From positions 32,001-96,000 of the forward strand of contig CBDBKM010000013.1 in NCBI GenBank assembly GCA_965206695.1: DNA of 64,000 bases, in the 5' to 3' direction. Each line of letters starts with the position of its first letter. Positions within the stretch are counted from its first letter, which is position 1. Shown here one piece after another: positions 1 to 10,973 of the stretch. Below the pieces are notes generated by a model, which saw nothing but the letters and a program-made list of their open reading frames with translations, did no database searches and was not told the origin of the DNA. This DNA is from Chlamydiales bacterium. Its GTDB lineage: Bacteria; Chlamydiota; Chlamydiia; Chlamydiales; JAAZZY01. The position numbers and the translations under genes were made by a program.

Positions 1-348
1 GTTATAGCGGAGGTATCAAGAGTCTTAAAACCCGGAGGGCTATTTTTCTTTCATACCTTTAACAAAAACTTCTTTAGCTGGCTAATTGTGATTAAGGGGA
101 TAGAATGGTTTGTGCAAAATACGCCGAAAAATATGCATGTTTATGACCTTTTTATTGATCCTAAAGATTTAACGGAGATATGCAGCCTTAATCGACTTAA
201 CGTCAAGAATTTAAATGGGATTAGACCTGCTTTTAGGCAAAAAGCTCTTTGGAAGCTCCTTTCGACCCGTCAGGTTCCTGAAGACTTTAACTTTATATTC
301 ACCTCATCTCTTTTAATTGCTTATGCCGGTGTAGCGATTCAAGTATAA
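1..348 (+). CDS. ubiG: UbiG-like O-methyltransferase, 3' part (runs off window start)
   Basis: Frame is open from base 1: VIAEVSRVLKPGGLFFFHTFNKNFFSWLIVIKGIEWFVQNTPKNMHVYDLFIDP, a typical UbiG C-terminal half. Confidence 0.75.
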   Translation, partial: VIAEVSRVLKPGGLFFFHTFNKNFFSWLIVIKGIEWFVQNTPKNMHVYDLFIDPKDLTEICSLNRLNVKNLNGIRPAFRQKALWKLLSTRQVPEDFNFIFTSSLLIAYAGVAIQV

Positions 349-636
349 ATATTTAATTTAGAGAATCCATATGCCAAAACAAAACCTATGGCTTTAATCA
401 TAAAACCTCTAGATGTAACGGCTTTGATAGCTCTCGGCATGAGTCGAGTGATTAAGCTAATAGAAGTTTCTTATAGATTGTATCACTTGTTTAAGTGATA
501 CCCTAATCTCTAAAAGCTAAATATTCTTTAGAGTCACTTCTTTTGAGGGTAATCAATTCAATATTGTCTTTTTTCAGCTCGGTTTTATGACAATTAAACG
601 AGAAAACCCACCTTTTTAAGAGTGGGATGAAAGTGT

Positions 637-1032
637 CTATTTGTTTTTTTGATTCCGTATATACTTTCTGATTGTATATTCATTTAATTTTCCAACACTA
701 TCAACATAATAAGACCGTGTCCACAGTGTGGGTAACCCGGATCTTAAGCTTGAAAATCCTTGCCTTAATATTCGGCTTGTATATCCCTTAAGTTGTCCTA
801 TGAAAAATTGTGGCGAATATATAGGCTTGGTATTTAAAAAAATATGTACGTGATCAGGCATAATATTCAGTTCGTGAATCTCTATACTTAGTTGTAGAGC
901 TTTTAATTTTAATAATTCCTTTAAACGAACAACAATATCACCTTCAAGAACCTTTCTCCTATATTTAGGACACCAAATAACATGGTAACTAAGGTTAAAA
1001 ACTGCTGTTTTAGAGGTTTTCCGTCTTTCCGG
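637..1032 (-). pseudogene. tnpA: IS200-type Y1 transposase TnpA, start codon apparently lost
   Basis: Open frame PERRKTSKTAVFNLSYHVIWCPKYR...DHVH...IRKYIRNQ with no in-frame ATG upstream of 861; indel near 1025-1035 relative to copy 2. Confidence 0.75.
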
Positions 1033-1070
1033 ATAGACAATATATATGTACCGGACATATAATTCAATAC

Positions 1071-2165
1071 ATGATGATCAAAAAAGCATATAAATTCAGA
1101 TTCTATCCAACGAAAAAACAAAAGGAGTTGCTTGCAAAAAGCTTTGGATGTTCTAGAGTTGTATATAATCAAGCTTTAAACTTTAAGATCAAGAAATATC
1201 AGGAATACAAAGAGAATGTAAGTTATTCTAAAACATCGGCATTCTTGACAAGTCTTAAGCAAAACAAAGAGTTTCTTTGGTTAAACGAAGTTTCTTCTGT
1301 TTGTCTGCAACAAAGTCTTAGAGATCTTGATAGAGCTTTTTTAAACTTTTTTAAAAAAAGGTCAAATTTCCCTCGCTTTAAAAACAAACACAGTACGCAG
1401 GCAATACGATTAACTAAGTCAGCATTTAGTTGGGATGGGGTTAATCTTAAGATTGCAAAATCTAAAGACAGATTAAAAATACATTGGTCAAGGTGTTTTT
1501 TAGGTACACCAACAGGTATAACAATCACAAAAGACTCTTGTGACAGGTATTTTGTGAGCCTATTAGTAGAAGAAGAAGTGATCCCTTTTGAGAAGAGAAA
1601 TAATTCTGTCGGTATAGATTTAGGATTAACGACATTCGCAACTCTTTCTACAGGGAAAAAGATTACGGCACCTAAACCTTTTAGATTTCATAAGAAAAGA
1701 CTAAAAAGAAAACAACGTTCTCTTAGCAAAGCTAAAGTCAAAGGTAAAAACAGACTCAAAAAAAGAAGATCGGTGGCTTCGATACATTCGAAGATAAAAA
1801 ATATAAGGCAGGACTTTCATCATAAACTTTCTACAAAGTTGGCTCGTGAAAACCAAACGATCACGATAGAAGGGTTAAATATTAATAAGATGTTAAAAAA
1901 TAAAAAACTTTCCAAGCATATATCGGATGCAGGATGGAGCCGGTTTTTAACATTTTTAAAGTATAAGTGTGAATGGTACGGAAGAAATATAGTGGAATTA
2001 GATCAATTTTTTGCTAGTTCAAAACTATGCTCTGCCTGCCGGTACCAAATAGAAATTTTAGATTTAAGTGTGAGAAGTTGGCAGTGTCCAAACTGCAAAG
2101 TAACACACGATAGAGATCTTAATGCATCTATTAATCTCGATACCGCAGGGCAGTCGGTAATTTAA
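1071..2165 (+). CDS. tnpB: RNA-guided endonuclease TnpB
   Basis: KAYKFRFYP N-terminus, RuvC GIDLG / IEGL / DRDLNA, CxxC..CxxC zinc finger; 364 aa, uninterrupted. Confidence 0.95.
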   Translation: MMIKKAYKFRFYPTKKQKELLAKSFGCSRVVYNQALNFKIKKYQEYKENVSYSKTSAFLTSLKQNKEFLWLNEVSSVCLQQSLRDLDRAFLNFFKKRSNFPRFKNKHSTQAIRLTKSAFSWDGVNLKIAKSKDRLKIHWSRCFLGTPTGITITKDSCDRYFVSLLVEEEVIPFEKRNNSVGIDLGLTTFATLSTGKKITAPKPFRFHKKRLKRKQRSLSKAKVKGKNRLKKRRSVASIHSKIKNIRQDFHHKLSTKLARENQTITIEGLNINKMLKNKKLSKHISDAGWSRFLTFLKYKCEWYGRNIVELDQFFASSKLCSACRYQIEILDLSVRSWQCPNCKVTHDRDLNASINLDTAGQSVI

Positions 2166-2270
2166 GCCTTTGGAGATCATGTTAGACTAGCTTGTTTGTT
2201 AGCAGTGGTCGATGAATTAGGAATCCCTTCCCTTTAGGGTTGGGAGCTGTCAAACAATCAATACATGAGA
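2140..2270 (+). ncRNA. Putative omegaRNA (reRNA) of TnpB, scaffold plus flanking guide
   Basis: GCCTTTGGAG...TGAATTAGGAA scaffold overlapping the tnpB 3' end up to TCAA 2253; the guide would be the flank ACAATCAATACATGAG. The 5' boundary is uncertain. Confidence 0.65.
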
Positions 2271-2739
2271 TAAGACCCGCTTAAATCATTTTATCTACAT
2301 TTTCGATATTTCATGAATTAATCAATTGTTAAACCTATTGGATACTTTTCTAAAATAACTTTTATACAATCCTTATGGTATGTGTGGTCTTTAATTATAG
2401 CAAAATCCGGATGTACAGAGGTTGGATTAAAGTCCGAATTTTCCTCAAAAATCTTTTGAATTTCCGGATGATCTTGATTTTTAATTGCTGTGTGAAGCTC
2501 TTTATCAAGTAGTTGAGATGTATGAATAGGGATACAAAAGAAACTATAGAATAACCTTGCATCACAGTTTACTATATTGTGATTTAATTATCATTCGTTA
2601 ATAACAACATATAAATAGAAGCATTAAGAGATTATTAAAGTCCGGTTATAGTTCAATTAGTTTATTATAGCAATTAACTATATAAAATAAAATTTCAAGC
2701 ACAGCTCTATTTATCCAATAAAGCTATGTTTGAAAGGTT

Positions 2740-3417
2740 TTATAGGATTTGTATTCCTTTATCCTTCATTGCTAAAATTGCTTGATTAGAGCCTTCAGAT
2801 GAGACTCCTTCAGAAGCGTTTTTAAGAAAATAGGTTTGATAAGAGTCAGTGGCATCTAAAGCTGTTTTTTTAACACAGCAATCGGTTGCAAGACCGCAAA
2901 CTAGGATGGTATTGATCTTCTGTAGAAAAAGAAGATCGGCCAAATTGGAAGCTTTATTACCTGTTTCATCAATAAAAGCGCTGTAGCTTTCGTGCTGTCC
3001 CATTCCCTTCTGGACAATTTGATGAATATGTCTTAAGTCAAGTTCAGGAGCAACTTCAGCACCCGGAGATCGTTGCACACAATGATCCGGCCATAAAACT
3101 TGCTCCTTAGCATCTATGATTCCTTGCTCAAAAGGTTGCTTTCTATGAGTAGATGCAAAACTAATATGCCCTTCCGGATGCCAATCTTGAGTTGCAATCA
3201 CTAAGCCGGCATGTTCTTTTACGAATTTAGCCACTTTATTAGCCACTGCTATGGCTTGCTTACCACCGGTTATAGCTAGAGAGCCACCTTCACAAAAGTC
3301 ATTTTGCGGATCGACTATAATTAAAGCGGTATGTTGATAATCGAAATTTTTATCTTGGATATTACTTAATAATTGTTGATATTTTATTGTTACGTCGTCA
3401 TCAGAACTAACTAACAT
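2740..3417 (-). CDS. pncA: Nicotinamidase/pyrazinamidase
   Basis: VDPQNDF, QDWHP..H, WPDHCVQ, KG..ESYSAF and GLATDCCV motifs. Confidence 0.9.
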   Translation of the reverse strand: MLVSSDDDVTIKYQQLLSNIQDKNFDYQHTALIIVDPQNDFCEGGSLAITGGKQAIAVANKVAKFVKEHAGLVIATQDWHPEGHISFASTHRKQPFEQGIIDAKEQVLWPDHCVQRSPGAEVAPELDLRHIHQIVQKGMGQHESYSAFIDETGNKASNLADLLFLQKINTILVCGLATDCCVKKTALDATDSYQTYFLKNASEGVSSEGSNQAILAMKDKGIQIL

Positions 3418-3586
3418 TTTCTTCTCCTTTTGTTATATAGTGGTTTAGATTTGAAATATTGTATTGAAAAGTAGGGGAGTAATTCAATGAAAAAGAAAAA
3501 GAATATAATTCTGATATTAAGAGGAAATTAAGATTAGATTTGTTGCGATTTAAATGTTTAATGGCTTCTGATAAGTTTTTTCAGAA

Positions 3587-5435
3587 CGCCCTTTCAACAT
3601 CGAAGTGCAACACTTGAAGCTTCCTTACTGAGACGGTTAAACACCTCCTCCGGAGTTGAAAAATTTAACACTTTTCGGGGTCTATTGTTAAGCAACTTCT
3701 CGATCTTTTTTAAATTACCTGCTGAGACTTCATCAAACCGTTTATTTTTAGGGAGGTATTGTCGAACGAGTCCATTCGTATGCTCGTTCAGCCCTCTCTC
3801 CCACGAATGATAGGGGGGTAGCAAAGTAAAAACTTGTCTCAAGTAATTGACTCACTTGTTCATGGTAAGCAAATTCTTTCCCGTTGTCAGCAGCTAATGT
3901 CATGACAAATTTTTGGACCGGTCTTAACCTGTTTACTAGCGCATCCTTTACTTCCTCAGCGGTTTTACGCGAGACTTTTTCCGGTTTTGTTAGCTTTGAG
4001 ACTCTTTCGACCATTGAGACAATAGACTTCTTTCGAAACTTATTGTGCCAACTCCAAATTGTAAATGCCGGCAATTAGATTAAAACGAAGAGCAAACCTT
4101 TTACGCCTATTTCCGTAACGATCAGTTATAATCTTGAATCGCTTTAAACGGGCAATGACATGTTCATTGAGAACTCGTTCTTTGGAAAGCTGTCGATTGC
4201 GTTTCTTATCATCTTTAGTCAATGGCTTCTTTTTACTTTTTTTCTTTGGCATTTGGGTCTTAGAATGAATATCTTGTAGACCTTTATTTTTTCTTTTTCC
4301 CTGAGTAAAAATACTTCTGTTTTTTTTGGGGCCTTTCAATAGGCGTTTCTGTTGCATCGATTAAAATAACGTCATATTCAACATCGCTCTTTAGAAGAGC
4401 TTTGCGTCCGGGCAAAGAGAAATCAGGGTGCTTGATTAATGTATCCTCGACCCACCTTACAGTTTTATAGGCAGTACTCTCACTAACACCCTAACTTTGA
4501 ATCACATGGAAATAAGTCCCGTATTCTCGGATATATTCTAGAGTCATAAGCAGCATATCCTTTATGCTTAGTTTGTTCTTCCTACCACCTTTAACTTTTT
4601 TGAGTGTGTTCGATTCTTCTAAAATCAACTGCATCCTATCAAATGTAGCTTTCTTAATGCCCGTTAGCCGACGAAATTTTTCGTCGTCTAAACTTTTAAC
4701 TGTTTCAAACTTCATGTTATTCTCACTTATTTTAACAAGAACATTATTATCAAAAAATTAGTTTCGAAAGAAGTCTAATGACTCCGCTCCCTTCTGTTCC
4801 TATGATTGTATCTAGCTCCCAATCGCCTAAACGAGTTTTCTTCTCTACGATATCAGGCCTTTCAGAAATATCTGTCCGTCCGGGAATACATCCTCGTCCG
4901 GCCCTATTTTTACCTCGCTTGTTATATTTCTTCCCACTATGTCTAAGGTGTTTATACAACAGGCCTCCTCTTTTCTTGTCCTCCCAAACATATTTATAGA
5001 TTGTCTCATGGCTTACAGCTTCTTGATAACCTTTCTTCTTCAGCCATCCCGATATTTGATCGGGGCTCCGCTGCAGGCTCAATTTCTCTTCGATAACGGC
5101 AATCATTGAACTGCTCATCTTTGGGTTTTGGGGCCTCGTCTCTTTAAAGCCTTCTCTTGAGCCCGTTGATACCGATATTCACGCTTTCCGCAATTTCGTT
5201 TTAGCTCGCGGTAAACAGTCGATCGATTTACTTCTAACTCACTGGAAATTAAGATGATAGGATTTCCTCTTCTTATTAAGGTCTACAATTGGCATCTCTT
5301 GTCTTTGTTTAAGTGACGGTAGCCATTTGGCATCTTTCCTCCTTGGTTTTCTTACGTTTACCATAGGAGATTTTTTACCACCTTCAGACAAGTTTAATTT
5401 GTAGCGGTTTGTTGCACTTCGATGTTGAAAGGGCG
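3587..5435 (-). mobile_element. IS30-family element A, disrupted copy
   Basis: 26-bp TIRs CGCCCTTTCAACATCGAAGTGCAACA; near-identical to 19785-20880; interrupted at 4024-4776 and frameshifted; flanks GAA/TTC give no direct TSD. Confidence 0.93.
4024..4776 (-). mobile_element. IS5-family (ISL2-like) element, internally deleted, nested in IS30
   Basis: 17-bp TIRs AGACTTCTTTCGAAACT, AAT duplication (4021-23 / 4777-79); ORF pieces KFRRLTGIKK..LEYIREY and ERVLNEHVIARLKRFKII. Confidence 0.88.
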
Positions 5436-5437
5436 TT

Positions 5438-6133
5438 CAAAATAAATTAGCTAAAAAATTATTAACAACATCCAATGGAAGAAGAATATTAGATCAGTAT
5501 TCAAAGAATAGTTCTACAAAAGGACATTGGTACACATATAAACAATCTTTCTTTCAGGCGATTATTACCCAATATCCCGATACGTCACATATGTCTTTTG
5601 ATCCTTCACCTGACTCTTCAGGTGATGAGAGTGATGGAAAGTCTGATCCACCGAATTATTATAAGAAAAATCAGGAACAAACGAGATCGCTAACTTCATA
5701 TACTCCTATCCGCCAAGCTCTTACACCTCAAGAGACACTGCTTTCTGGGTATGAATTAACTTCTATGAAATGTGAATTAAACCCGGGAAAATATCCGGCG
5801 GAGCATATTTTTTCAATTGGCCGGGAAAAATATAGCAATTCTCTTGAGCTACGAACAACAACATTGTATGTAAATAGAGATCAGATAGTTTGTGTGCCTA
5901 AGGGATATCTAAATAAATGTATTCCTATAACCCATCGAAAAGTTAAATTTACAGTTATGTTAACGAACGGGAGAACTTTGAAAGATGTAGTGAAGGGAGA
6001 ACCGGGAAAAAGACATCATTTCCCTGATGGGGCCGGTAAGGGTAAGCCTATAGATGTCTATTTTGATGGTCGCTATGTTTATCTACCTATTGACACAGTA
6101 AAGAAACTAGAGCGCACCCAACTTCACATATAA
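5438..6133 (+). pseudogene. Hypothetical protein, 5'-truncated at the IS30 edge
   Basis: The frame of ORF 5591-6133 stays open upstream to the IS30 terminus at 5435; no recognisable motif. Confidence 0.55.
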
Positions 6134-6165
6134 ATGACTCTAAATTCGATGAAGATATACCTACT

Positions 6166-8060
6166 GGGTGTGTTGCGATCTAACAGGTTTTTAGGATTTA
6201 GCAATGAAAAAAACGGATTGGATTTTAATCGTTTATTTTAGAAGCTTTTAAAGCTATTTATAGGATTTTGCTGTTGCAAGCCGAAAAATTTGACGAAATG
6301 TAGACATAGCTATCCTTCAATTTAAACAAACATTTGGGAAATTAAGCACCAATAAGTAAGCGTTTTAAGTTAAAGCTGATCGCTTGCATAAAGGCCGAAA
6401 ATTGGTTCTTAGAAACACCACGATAACGGATACGCTTAGGATCCTGAGAAAAAACTCGCTCATAGGGCGAGCGTAAACCACTATACCATCGATCGCAGTC
6501 TTTATTCTTTTCCTTCATATTATGTTTCTTAATAGCCGCTAAATGACATGTACGTTTAGCAGCAGCTTGCTTAGCCGGATTCGTACAATAACCTTTATCT
6601 GCATAAATGGCTCCTTGAGTAGGACAGACATGTTCCAAACCTTGAGCATCTGTTTTAGTACCCGGTGTAATGGCTACTTTATTAATTAAACCACTTTGCA
6701 TATCTACACTGATATGTTTTTTATAACCGTACCAAAATTTATCATTACCCTTACAACCAATACGGGCTTGTCCATCGCCGGCAACCTTCGGTAGTACCTC
6801 ATTATTTAATTTCTCGTATTTGGTTTGTAGGGCTTTATCTCGTTCTTTCCATAAATTGGCTTTATAGTCATTTAATTTTACATTGATAAGATTGCTTGAT
6901 CAATGGCGAATTTAAAATTCGTAACTTTTCGTAATATCTCTCTAACTTTATTTTTCATATTAGCCCAATATTTTTCTATAGGATTTAAGTCCGGAGAATA
7001 TGGAGGAAGAAACATAAGCTTACAACCGGCAGATTCTACTGTTTTCCTGCTTTCCGCTGACTTGTGAAAACCGGCATTGTCAAGAATAAGAACACTACCG
7101 GGTGTAAGCTGAGGAGTCAAAACTTCCTTAAGCCAAATATTGAATAACCCGGTATTACAAGTACCTTCAAAACACATTGGAGACAAAAACTGCCCTTTAG
7201 ATAGGGCTGAAATAATATTTTGCCTTATAAAGCGGTTTCCTGAAACCGCTCCAAAAACTTTTTTGCCGCGTAAGCTTCTTCCGGACTCACGAAATAAAAA
7301 TTGATGAATCCCGGTTTCATCGAGATAAATTCTCTTGTCAAAGGGAATATTTTTTAAATCTTTCATAAAAGCTTCCCGTTTCTTTTCATCTCTTTCCTTA
7401 TAGCGAGTAGTTTTTTTTTTCGTGTAATTTTTAATCTTTTAAGGGCATAAAAAATCGTTTGCGGAGTGACTGAAAAATAATCAGCAATTTCCGATAAAAA
7501 ATAATCCGGATGTTTTTCTACATATTTAGATAACAACTCATCATCTAATTTCTTATAAGCATATTTTCTGCGGATTGGCTTTAAATGTCCTTTTTGCTTT
7601 TTTTGCAAGATCCATCGATATATTATTGCGATACCTACTTGAAAAATATGGCCGGCTGTTTTTTTATCATGATGTTTTTCTATATGTTGTAATACTTTCT
7701 CTCGGAGATCTACTGAATAGGCTCTAGGCATTGTTTTGTCCTTATTGTTTGTATAAAAAAAGAAGGATAACATATTATCAAATAAAAATTAAAGTACTAT
7801 AGCAATCAAATGAGTGGCGTCTACGAAGCTAAAAACCTCATTCATTACTCCTTGTTTTCTTAGTTGATCTCTTAAGTCAGCAAAAATTTTGGATAGGATC
7901 TTTGTCCCTATTTTGTGCCTAACTTTACAAAAAGTGGTATGATCAGGGGTATTCTCTCTCAAACTAAAGCGACAAAACCACTTGGCTGCAGTATTCTCTT
8001 GAATGTAGCGTTCTAGCTCTCGATCGCTTAAATTTGCCATGAACTGAAGGAGTAAGCATT
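6166..8060 (-). mobile_element. IS5-family transposase remnant, split by IS630 and cut by an IS30 end
   Basis: LSDRELERY..TPDHTTF..FVDATHLIA|KANLWKERD..YGYKKH..IYADKGY..RSPYERVF; the frame rejoins when 6865-7801 is removed. The outer boundary is approximate. Confidence 0.85.
6865..7799 (-). mobile_element. IS630-family element copy 1 (935 bp, two-ORF -1 frameshift transposase)
   Basis: TA duplication, TIRs TAGT(C/A)..TTAATTTT, ORFs 7363-7731 and 6878-7366 joined at an A10 tract; motifs YLDETG, LDNA, YSPDLNPIE. Confidence 0.93.
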
Positions 8061-8100
8061 CGCCCTTTCAACATCGAAGTGCAACACTTGCTGCTTCCTT
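8061..8100. mobile_element. Isolated 40-bp IS30-A right end
   Basis: CGCCCTTTCAACATCGAAGTGCAACACTTGCTGCTTCCTT matches the IS30-A right terminus. Confidence 0.85.
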
Positions 8101-8101
8101 T

Positions 8102-8584
8102 CAATCCAAGAAGGAAAAACTCCGGAAGAATTCTTCCGCAAGTCAGGGTACAAAACCTACTCAAAACTCTTCCTGCGGAACAAAATGTGTTAGTGAACAA
8201 GTTAAAGAGCAAATGTCTATAACACACCGACTTAAACACCTGAAGAAGAGACTCATTGAGATTAAAGGCCGGCAAGAAGACACTCAAACTACAACTCAAA
8301 TGAATATAATGAATCAAATTGAAGACCTGACGCGTAGACGTGAGGAGATTGAATGTGAGAAAAAGTCTTCTGCAAGTCGAGCTCAAAAACCAAAGCTACC
8401 TAAAAAATCAAGGGTAAATAGAGCACAGACACCACAAACCAAAGCTAAAATAGCTATAACACAGGAAATACATTACCTGACAGATAGATTCCGGCAGATG
8501 AAAATTCAGGAAGAGCCTTACAAAAACCAAGTATTCCGAAGGAAAAAACCAACTATTCCGAAGGATAAGATAATTTTAGGATGA
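8102..8584 (+). pseudogene. Basic coiled-coil hypothetical protein, probably 5'-truncated
   Basis: The ORF 8213-8584 frame is open back to the IS30 end fragment; internal similarity QIEDLTRR / EIHYLTDR. Confidence 0.4.
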
Positions 8585-8802
8585 TTAATCCAACTCAATT
8601 TGTCAATTCTTCAACGATGACAATGAAACATAACATAAATTATCAGACGTTAAATTCAAAGTTTAAAATGTTATATAATTCCTTTGTACATTATCATCCC
8701 TTATCGAATAAACAACATATTCGCAACCAACGTCATATAAAGATACAAGCTAAAGTGGAGTTCCCTTTCCAAGGGGTCAAGCATCAATGAGGCCATTATT
8801 AA

Positions 8803-8833
8803 ATAAAAAGCCCGAATCTAAGTTATTCGGGCT
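8803..8833 (-). terminator. Intrinsic terminator
   Basis: AGCCCGAAT-N7-ATTCGGGCT stem with a T-run on the minus strand, downstream of 8895-9734. Confidence 0.7.
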
Positions 8834-8894
8834 AAAAACTTTTATCTGGTTATGTTTTTTCTTTTAAACGTCAATAAAGATGTAAGTACGGTCG

Positions 8895-9734
8895 TCAATG
8901 CGGTATGCGGTAAGTATTATTAGTACCTCTAATAGGTGCGTTAATAATAACATAGTCTTGAATAGGATCTTGATTTTCTTCAAATTGTTTTCCGGAAAAG
9001 GCTTGTTTAAGCTCTTCTTTACACAATTTAGCTTTCATGTTTTTAAGGAATTGTCCTAAAGCTTTCCCTGTTCGATCGATAACCGGTTGGCTTGGCTTTT
9101 TTTCAACTTGAATAACTTGTGCTTTTTGCTTTTCGTTAACTTGAACACGTAATGCACGTAAAGCATTAATTAGACGAGTGACACACTCCCGTTTTCTAGT
9201 ATGCTTTTGCTTATACTTTTTAGCTAAGCATGGAGCTACTACACTAAGAAAGTCATATTTTCGCTCTTTGCAGGGATTTTGATGGAATTCGTAACACTTT
9301 TGTAACTTTTTTGCACCCCTTATCGCTTCTTGAATTAAGTCGAAGGAAAGAAAAGGATCGCTTCTTTTGGAATGCATGAGTTGTTGGACGACAGAGTGAA
9401 CAACACCTTGAATAATTTCTAAAGAATGTACCCTTCGCTCTTCTATCCTTAATTTTCTTAGTTTACAGCTTTTTATGCCTAAAGAACGAGCTAATCCATT
9501 TTCTTCAACACCTAATCGATAGTAACCATTGGAATCTTTATATAGGTAAGGCTTACTGGTTGTATTAGGTACTTTTGAGAGATCGTGTAATATTGCGGAC
9601 GCATCAAAATCTCTTTTTACATCGACTTCTTTGCTCTCGCTTTTCTTTTCTATTTGAGAGATAATGGGATGATGAAAATTCTTTTGTCTTTCATTTAAGT
9701 AACAATATTCATTAAAATCTGTATTTACAGACAT
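8895..9734 (-). CDS. Orphan basic helical protein, paralog A (effector-like)
   Basis: 279-aa ORF with RBS GGAGG and its own terminator; duplicated at 10974-11837. Confidence 0.8.
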   Translation of the reverse strand: MSVNTDFNEYCYLNERQKNFHHPIISQIEKKSESKEVDVKRDFDASAILHDLSKVPNTTSKPYLYKDSNGYYRLGVEENGLARSLGIKSCKLRKLRIEERRVHSLEIIQGVVHSVVQQLMHSKRSDPFLSFDLIQEAIRGAKKLQKCYEFHQNPCKERKYDFLSVVAPCLAKKYKQKHTRKRECVTRLINALRALRVQVNEKQKAQVIQVEKKPSQPVIDRTGKALGQFLKNMKAKLCKEELKQAFSGKQFEENQDPIQDYVIINAPIRGTNNTYRIPH

Positions 9735-9869
9735 CTTTTAACCTCCAGGCTTTATTATTTAGTTAATACTATTTAGTTAATAAAACCCCTCTATAACGTT
9801 ATTAATTTTAACAAATAACCAATTAAAGTGAAATGCTATGGATTATTTTAATAAAGACAACTTATTCAA

Positions 9870-10750
9870 CGCCCTTCCAACATCGAAGTGCAATAAATAG
9901 AAGGAATTTGAAAATGGCCAAATGCCGATAAAATCTCTATAGTAAATTTTTGCAAAAAACAAGACTAATGGAGGAGTTTTTTATGCCTAAAGTCTATCGG
10001 TATTTAACCTATGAACAAAGATGCTAAATATATACTTTAAAAAAAAGAGGAGATTCTATTGAGGACATTTCTCAAGAATTAAATATTAATAAGACTACTA
10101 TTTATCGAAAATTAAAAAGAAACAGCTATGACGGCAAATATATTTATATTGCGGCACAAATCAAAGCTAAAAAAAGGCGTTTAAAAGCGAGCAGTAAAGT
10201 AAAGAAAATGACTACAGAACTGCTTATAAAAATAAAAAAGAAATTGTTGTTACAATGGACTCCTGTCCAAATATCAGGCAGATTAAAAGAAAAAGAAGGT
10301 GTATGTGTATCAGCCATGACAGGATCTATTAAAGCAGGTCGAGGATGTATTCCGGACAGAATTGATATTGATACAAGACCCCCTATTATCGATGAAAAAA
10401 CAAGAATAGGAGATTTTGAATTAGATACAATAATAGACAAAAATCACAAAGGAGCCCTTGTATCTATTGTTGCCGGAGCTTCTAAATATACAATGCTTAT
10501 GAAGGTAAAATACAAATAAGCTCATGGTGTTGCTAATGCTTTAATTGAATGCTTAGAGCCTAATTAAGAGCAGCGCTTTACTTTGCTAAACCCTATCATT
10601 CCCGGGAGAGAGGATTGAATGAAGATACAAATGGATTAGTAAGGCAATATCTTCCTAAAAAGACAGATCTTTCAAAAGTGTCTAATAAAGAGATAAAAAT
10701 AATAGAAAATGTATTAAATAATAAACCAAGAAAAAATTCAAAGTTTAAAA
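9870..10750 (+). mobile_element. IS30-family element B, degraded copy 1
   Basis: TIR CGCCCTTCCAACATCGAAGTGCAA; stops and deletions in the GRGCIPDR..GDFELDT..NEDTNGLVRQY transposase; ends at the duplication junction. Confidence 0.88.
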
Positions 10751-10884
10751 TATTATATAATTCCTTTGTACATTATCATCCCTTATCGAATAAACAACAT
10801 ATTCGCAACCAACGTCATATAAAGATACAAGCTAAAGTGGAGTTCCCTTTCCAAGGGGTCAAGCATCAATGAGGCCATTATTAA

Positions 10885-10915
10885 ATAAAAAGCCCGAATC
10901 TAAGTTATTCGGGCT
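10885..10915 (-). terminator. Intrinsic terminator (duplicate)
   Basis: Stem identical to 8803-8833. Confidence 0.7.
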
Positions 10916-10973
10916 AAAAACTTTTATCTGGTTATGTTTTTTTTAAACGTCAATGAAGATGTAAGTACGGTCG

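Larger units (their letters stand above)
589..2253 (+). mobile_element. IS200/IS605-family element copy 1 (divergent tnpA + tnpB)
   Basis: TTAT target at 585-588, left-end hairpin CCCAC..GTGGG near 606-626, right-end hairpin ending in TCAA at 2250-2253; near-identical inverted copy at 32508-35101. Confidence 0.93.

Noticed and set aside
2254..2273. In-window targets for the predicted TnpB guides
   Set aside because: By eye, no TAM-adjacent match was found; only a 10-nt chance match (GTGCTTGATT near 4428) for the orphan guide. A computational search is needed.
2330..2565. Possible ankyrin-like remnant on the minus strand (LHTAIKNQDHPEIQKIF)
   Set aside because: A single weak motif in a broken frame; insufficient support.
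8581..10872. ORFs 8581-8790 and 10615-10872 sharing a C-terminus
   Set aside because: By-products of the duplication junction; the second is IS30 sequence read into intergenic DNA.
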